DNA from: an uncultured delta proteobacterium
GTDB taxonomy: Bacteria; Desulfobacterota; Desulfuromonadia; Geobacterales; DSM-12255
Reading direction: 5' to 3'
NCBI GenBank assembly: GCA_963787125.1
Contig: CAWBBV010000001.1
Location: 480,001-544,000 of the forward strand
Length of the DNA stretch: 64,000 nt
Shown here: positions 60,732-64,000 of the stretch, in pieces
Position numbering within the stretch: the stretch's first letter is position 1
How the letters are laid out: every line of letters starts with the position of its first letter
Made by a program: the position numbers and the translations under genes
The notes under the pieces: model-generated
Seen by the model: only the letters and a program-made list of their open reading frames with translations
Database searches by the model: none
What the model was told of the DNA's origin: nothing

Positions 60732-61701
60732 GGTTTCCTTGGAGGAAAAATTCATGGCAAGCGGCCTCCAGTTCGGCTCTGCTCCCCAGCCTGTTTACGG
60801 TTCCTCTGAACTGTGCCGCCCCGCTGAGGCCTCGTGCATACCAGCAGAGGTGTTTGCGCATCTCACTGATGGCGATCCGTTCACCGCTGTCTGCAATAAA
60901 CAGCTCAAAATGGCGCATCGCCACGACGTATCTTTCTGCTGCCGCTACCGGGACAGCTTCGCCGCCGCTTTGCAAGACCAGCGCCTGCCTGAATATCCAG
61001 GGGTTGCCCAGGGCGCCGCGGGCAATCATGACGCCGTCGCAGCCGGTCTTTTGCAGCATTGCTGTAACGTCTTCAGCCGTGAAAAGGTCGCCGCTGCCGA
61101 GAACCGGGATGCTGAGGGCAGTTTTCAACGCAGCCAGGTGCGTCCAGTCAGAGTGGCCTTCAAACATCTGGTTGCGAGTCCTTGGGTGCAGCGTTACGGC
61201 ATCGGCGCCTTCATCCTCGGCAATCCGGCCGACAAGCATAAAATTAATCGAGTCGGGATTCCAGCCCGAGCGGATCTTGACGGTCAACGGCAGTTTGGTC
61301 GCGGCACGCACCGCCCGGACAATAGCCCGAATCTTTTCAGGGTTTTGCAAAAGTGCGCTCCCTGCACCGCTCCCGACCACCTTTTTTACCGGGCACCCCA
61401 TGTTTATATCAATCAGATCTGCATAGGTTTCGGATAGCCGCGCACCCTCTGCCAGCAGTTCTGCGTTATCCCCGAAGAGTTGAACGCCGAGCGGCCGGTC
61501 CGCACTACTGCTGCGCATCAGTTCAAAACTGCGCTTGCCATCTCTGACAAGGCCATTGACGCTGACCATTTCGGTAAAACAGAGCGCTGCCCCCTGCTCT
61601 CTGGCCAACAGGCGCGCCGCAAAATTTGTAATCCCTGCCATTGGTGCAAGTAGCAAGTTGTCTGCCAGTTCAAGAGAACCTATTTTCAGTTTTATGTTCA
61701 T
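60721..61701 (-). CDS. dusB: tRNA dihydrouridine synthase (NifR3/DusB)
   Basis: LAPMAG, DINMGCP, GAGSALL, TVKIR, HPRT, GVMIARGALGNPWIF. Confidence 0.95.
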   Translation of the reverse strand: MNIKLKIGSLELADNLLLAPMAGITNFAARLLAREQGAALCFTEMVSVNGLVRDGKRSFELMRSSSADRPLGVQLFGDNAELLAEGARLSETYADLIDINMGCPVKKVVGSGAGSALLQNPEKIRAIVRAVRAATKLPLTVKIRSGWNPDSINFMLVGRIAEDEGADAVTLHPRTRNQMFEGHSDWTHLAALKTALSIPVLGSGDLFTAEDVTAMLQKTGCDGVMIARGALGNPWIFRQALVLQSGGEAVPVAAAERYVVAMRHFELFIADSGERIAISEMRKHLCWYARGLSGAAQFRGTVNRLGSRAELEAACHEFFLQGNHEP

Positions 61702-61794
61702 TGATTGTGGTTGCTGAAGGGCTGATTTTATTGCAATTGCGGGCATTGATCGGCCAATCTGTAAAATTATTATTCAAAGGCCCGGAAAGTAGTG

Positions 61795-61841
61795 TGCCAA
61801 ATTTTTATGCAATTACGGCTGATATGCCTAAAAAACATGCA
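61795..61841. promoter_or_regulatory. Tandem NtrC-type binding boxes
   Basis: TGC-N11-GCA at 61795-61811 and 61825-61841, upstream of dusB-ntrBC. Confidence 0.6.
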
Positions 61842-61868
61842 CGCCGGACGGTTTGTTAATGTTAGCCG

Positions 61869-62603
61869 CTATTTTTTCCGGAAACAGTGCAGGAACTCAC
61901 TCCGGGAAAGCTCTTTCTTCCTCACCAGATGCTCCACACTCCTGCTCATGGCCATCCGCTCCCCTTCCTTGGTAACATCCTTTAACAGGACAAAAAACGG
62001 GATATTGCGTGTTTGCGGATACAGTTTCAAGCGCTCCTGAAATTCGAAAGCAGAGCTGTCAGGCAGCATGAACGAGGTAAACAGCAGATAGGGATGAGTT
62101 GTTGTTGCAATAGCTACGCCCTCTTTTGCCGAGTAGGCATTAATCAGGGAAAAACCGAGTTCGGTTATCGCCTTTGCCAAAGGTTCGTCGCCTTTACGGG
62201 TGACCAGCATAACCTGAAGATCATACTCGTCAGCTTCATCAGTCAGCTTCATGACCGCCAGCTTTTCTGCCAGGTGATCCTTGTTGACCGGCGTGAGGAA
62301 AAAACCGGCAACCGGAAATGCACCGCCGATTCTGCCTGTTTCACTCAAAAAAACCGGGAGCACCGGTATGTCCCGGGTTTTTGGATTACTCTTCAGTATT
62401 GCCAAAAGTCCCCAGCCGTCGACGGAATGGGGCGATATGTCAAGGATAATTCCTAAGGGGCGTGAGTCAGACAGCTCTTCCGGTTTGGCGGTACGTGCCC
62501 AGTAGTCAGCCTCTGCCAGGTAGCTGCAGACAACAGCCCCTCTTTCTACCCGGTCACCAAGACCCATAATCCAGAGTTCGCGTTCCAGTTCGTTGCTTGT
62601 CAT
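61869..62603 (-). CDS. Protein with two degenerate receiver (CheY-like) domains
   Basis: IILDI...DGWGLL.ILKSNPKTRDIPV; second domain LKLYPQTRNIPF; start codon uncertain. Confidence 0.75.
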   Translation of the reverse strand: MTSNELERELWIMGLGDRVERGAVVCSYLAEADYWARTAKPEELSDSRPLGIILDISPHSVDGWGLLAILKSNPKTRDIPVLPVFLSETGRIGGAFPVAGFFLTPVNKDHLAEKLAVMKLTDEADEYDLQVMLVTRKGDEPLAKAITELGFSLINAYSAKEGVAIATTTHPYLLFTSFMLPDSSAFEFQERLKLYPQTRNIPFFVLLKDVTKEGERMAMSRSVEHLVRKKELSRSEFLHCFRKK

Positions 62604-62760
62604 CAGCATCACCTGTAAATAATGATAGAAAGTAGGGAAGTCCCTTGCGGGGATACGAGAGTGATAACATATTTTCAGAGAATGGCAATAATACTTTAAT
62701 CTTTTTGGCCACGCGGTATAATCAGCAAAAAGAAATCCGCAGGGTGGAGAGGAGGCTATC

Positions 62761-63867
62761 ATGAAGGGCACGGTTTACTTTTCGGATATGAGGGCAGGGC
62801 ACAAGGAAAATTTTTTCGACAAGATCTCGAAGCTGCTTGCCAGTTGCGACCTCGGAAATATCATCCAGGCAGGGGATCTGACCGCCGTTAAACTTCATTT
62901 CGGTGAAAAAGGGAATCATGCCTTTATCAGGCCGGTCTTTATACGCAGAATTGTCGAAGAGATCAAAAAAGCCGGGGGCAGACCTTTTTTAACTGACTCT
63001 TCGACCCTTTACCCCGGGGAAAGAAAAGAGGCTGTCTCCGCACTGCAGTGCGCCATCGAGAACGGCTTTGCCTACGCCGTTGTCAATGCCCCGCTGATCA
63101 TGTGCGACGGCATCAAGGGGCAGAACTCGGTTAAGGTTGCAGTCGCCGGAGAACTGCTGCAGAGTGTCAGCATTGGCGCTGAAATTGTCGAGGCTGATGC
63201 TCTTGTTACCGTATCCCACTTCAAATGTCACGAGTTGACCGGGTTTGGCGGAGCGCTTAAAAATCTGGGCATGGGCTGTTCAAGCCGCGCCGGCAAGATG
63301 CAGCAACACTCAACAGTTGCCCCGAAAGTAGCTGAAAAGTTTTGTAACGGCTGTAGCGTCTGCCTGAAATCCTGTGCTCACGCAGCGATTGCCGTTATTG
63401 AAGGAAAGGCAAAAATCGACCCCGACGCTTGTGTTGGCTGCAGTCGCTGCATCACCGCCTGCGCGCAAAAAGCGATCAATGTGCAGTGGAATGAAAGCTC
63501 GGCCCTGGTGATGAAAAAAATGGCTGAATATGCAAGCGGAGCTGTTGCCAATAAAAACGGCAAAACGGTCTTTTTGAATTTCATAACCCAGGTTTCTCCA
63601 GCCTGTGACTGTTATGGTCACGCTGATGCTCCCATTGTCAACGATATCGGTATCTGTGCCTCCACCGATCCGGTTGCCCTCGATCAGGCCTGTGCCGACC
63701 TTGTCAATGGCGCAGTGGGGAATCAGCAGACGGCTCTAGGGAGTGGTCATGAACCGGGCGGCGACAAGTTTCGTGGCGTACACCCTGAAATTGAGTGGGA
63801 AGTCCAGCTGGAACATGCTCAAAAGATGGGAATTGGCTGTAGAGAGTATGCGCTGGTGAAGATCTAG
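62761..63867 (+). CDS. DUF362-family Fe-S protein with 2x[4Fe-4S] ferredoxin insert
   Basis: VKLHFGE.GN, SHFKCHELTGFGGALKNLGMG, CNGCSVCLKSC, CVGCSRCITAC, STDPVALD. Confidence 0.9.
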   Translation: MKGTVYFSDMRAGHKENFFDKISKLLASCDLGNIIQAGDLTAVKLHFGEKGNHAFIRPVFIRRIVEEIKKAGGRPFLTDSSTLYPGERKEAVSALQCAIENGFAYAVVNAPLIMCDGIKGQNSVKVAVAGELLQSVSIGAEIVEADALVTVSHFKCHELTGFGGALKNLGMGCSSRAGKMQQHSTVAPKVAEKFCNGCSVCLKSCAHAAIAVIEGKAKIDPDACVGCSRCITACAQKAINVQWNESSALVMKKMAEYASGAVANKNGKTVFLNFITQVSPACDCYGHADAPIVNDIGICASTDPVALDQACADLVNGAVGNQQTALGSGHEPGGDKFRGVHPEIEWEVQLEHAQKMGIGCREYALVKI

Positions 63868-63885
63868 GCGGCAACCTCTTCGCTA

Positions 63886-64000
63886 TTAAACATCATGGAG
63901 TTCGATGGTGAAGATGCTTCCCCCGCCGGGAGCATCTTCAACCCAGACTCTGCCGTTGTGGAGCCGGGCAATCTTTTTTACCGTAGCAAGACCGATGCCT
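63886..64000 (-). CDS. C-terminal end of a histidine kinase (partial)
   Basis: [34 protein letters not shown] then TAA. Confidence 0.85.
   Translation of the reverse strand, partial: GIGLATVKKIARLHNGRVWVEDAPGGGSIFTIELHDV

Noticed and set aside
59791..61437. Long plus-strand ORFs
   Set aside because: Antisense shadows of ntrB and dusB

Overview
Bacterial chromosomal window, most likely from a Geobacteraceae/Desulfuromonadia member (CbcL-, CbcSTU- and ImcH-type cytochromes; dusB-ntrB-ntrC). 1-12.8 kb is the right part of an integrative element: type I R-M (hsdS, inserted AAA ATPase, hsdR), AlpA, DnaB_N-AAA helicase, a hairpin cluster, and an internal tyrosine recombinase that may be a relaxase. 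12.8-21.3 kb is a second accessory block between two ~96-bp imperfect direct repeats. It carries SRAP, a secreted WD40-caspase, a hydrolase, a SagB-like enzyme, a GNAT and eroded attC-like sites. 21.5-53 kb is mostly core genes, with a locus clustering three inner-membrane quinol-oxidation systems (cbcSTU broken by indels), an AbiE TA pair and selA. An unannotated 54-aa ORF with in-frame UGA and a SECIS-like hairpin (candidate selenoprotein) sits at 48992-49156. 53.3-58.2 kb is an islet flanked by a duplication of the ntrC 3' end, carrying two secreted lipases, one fused to three ricin-B lectin domains. All calls come from motif recognition by eye; no database searches were run.
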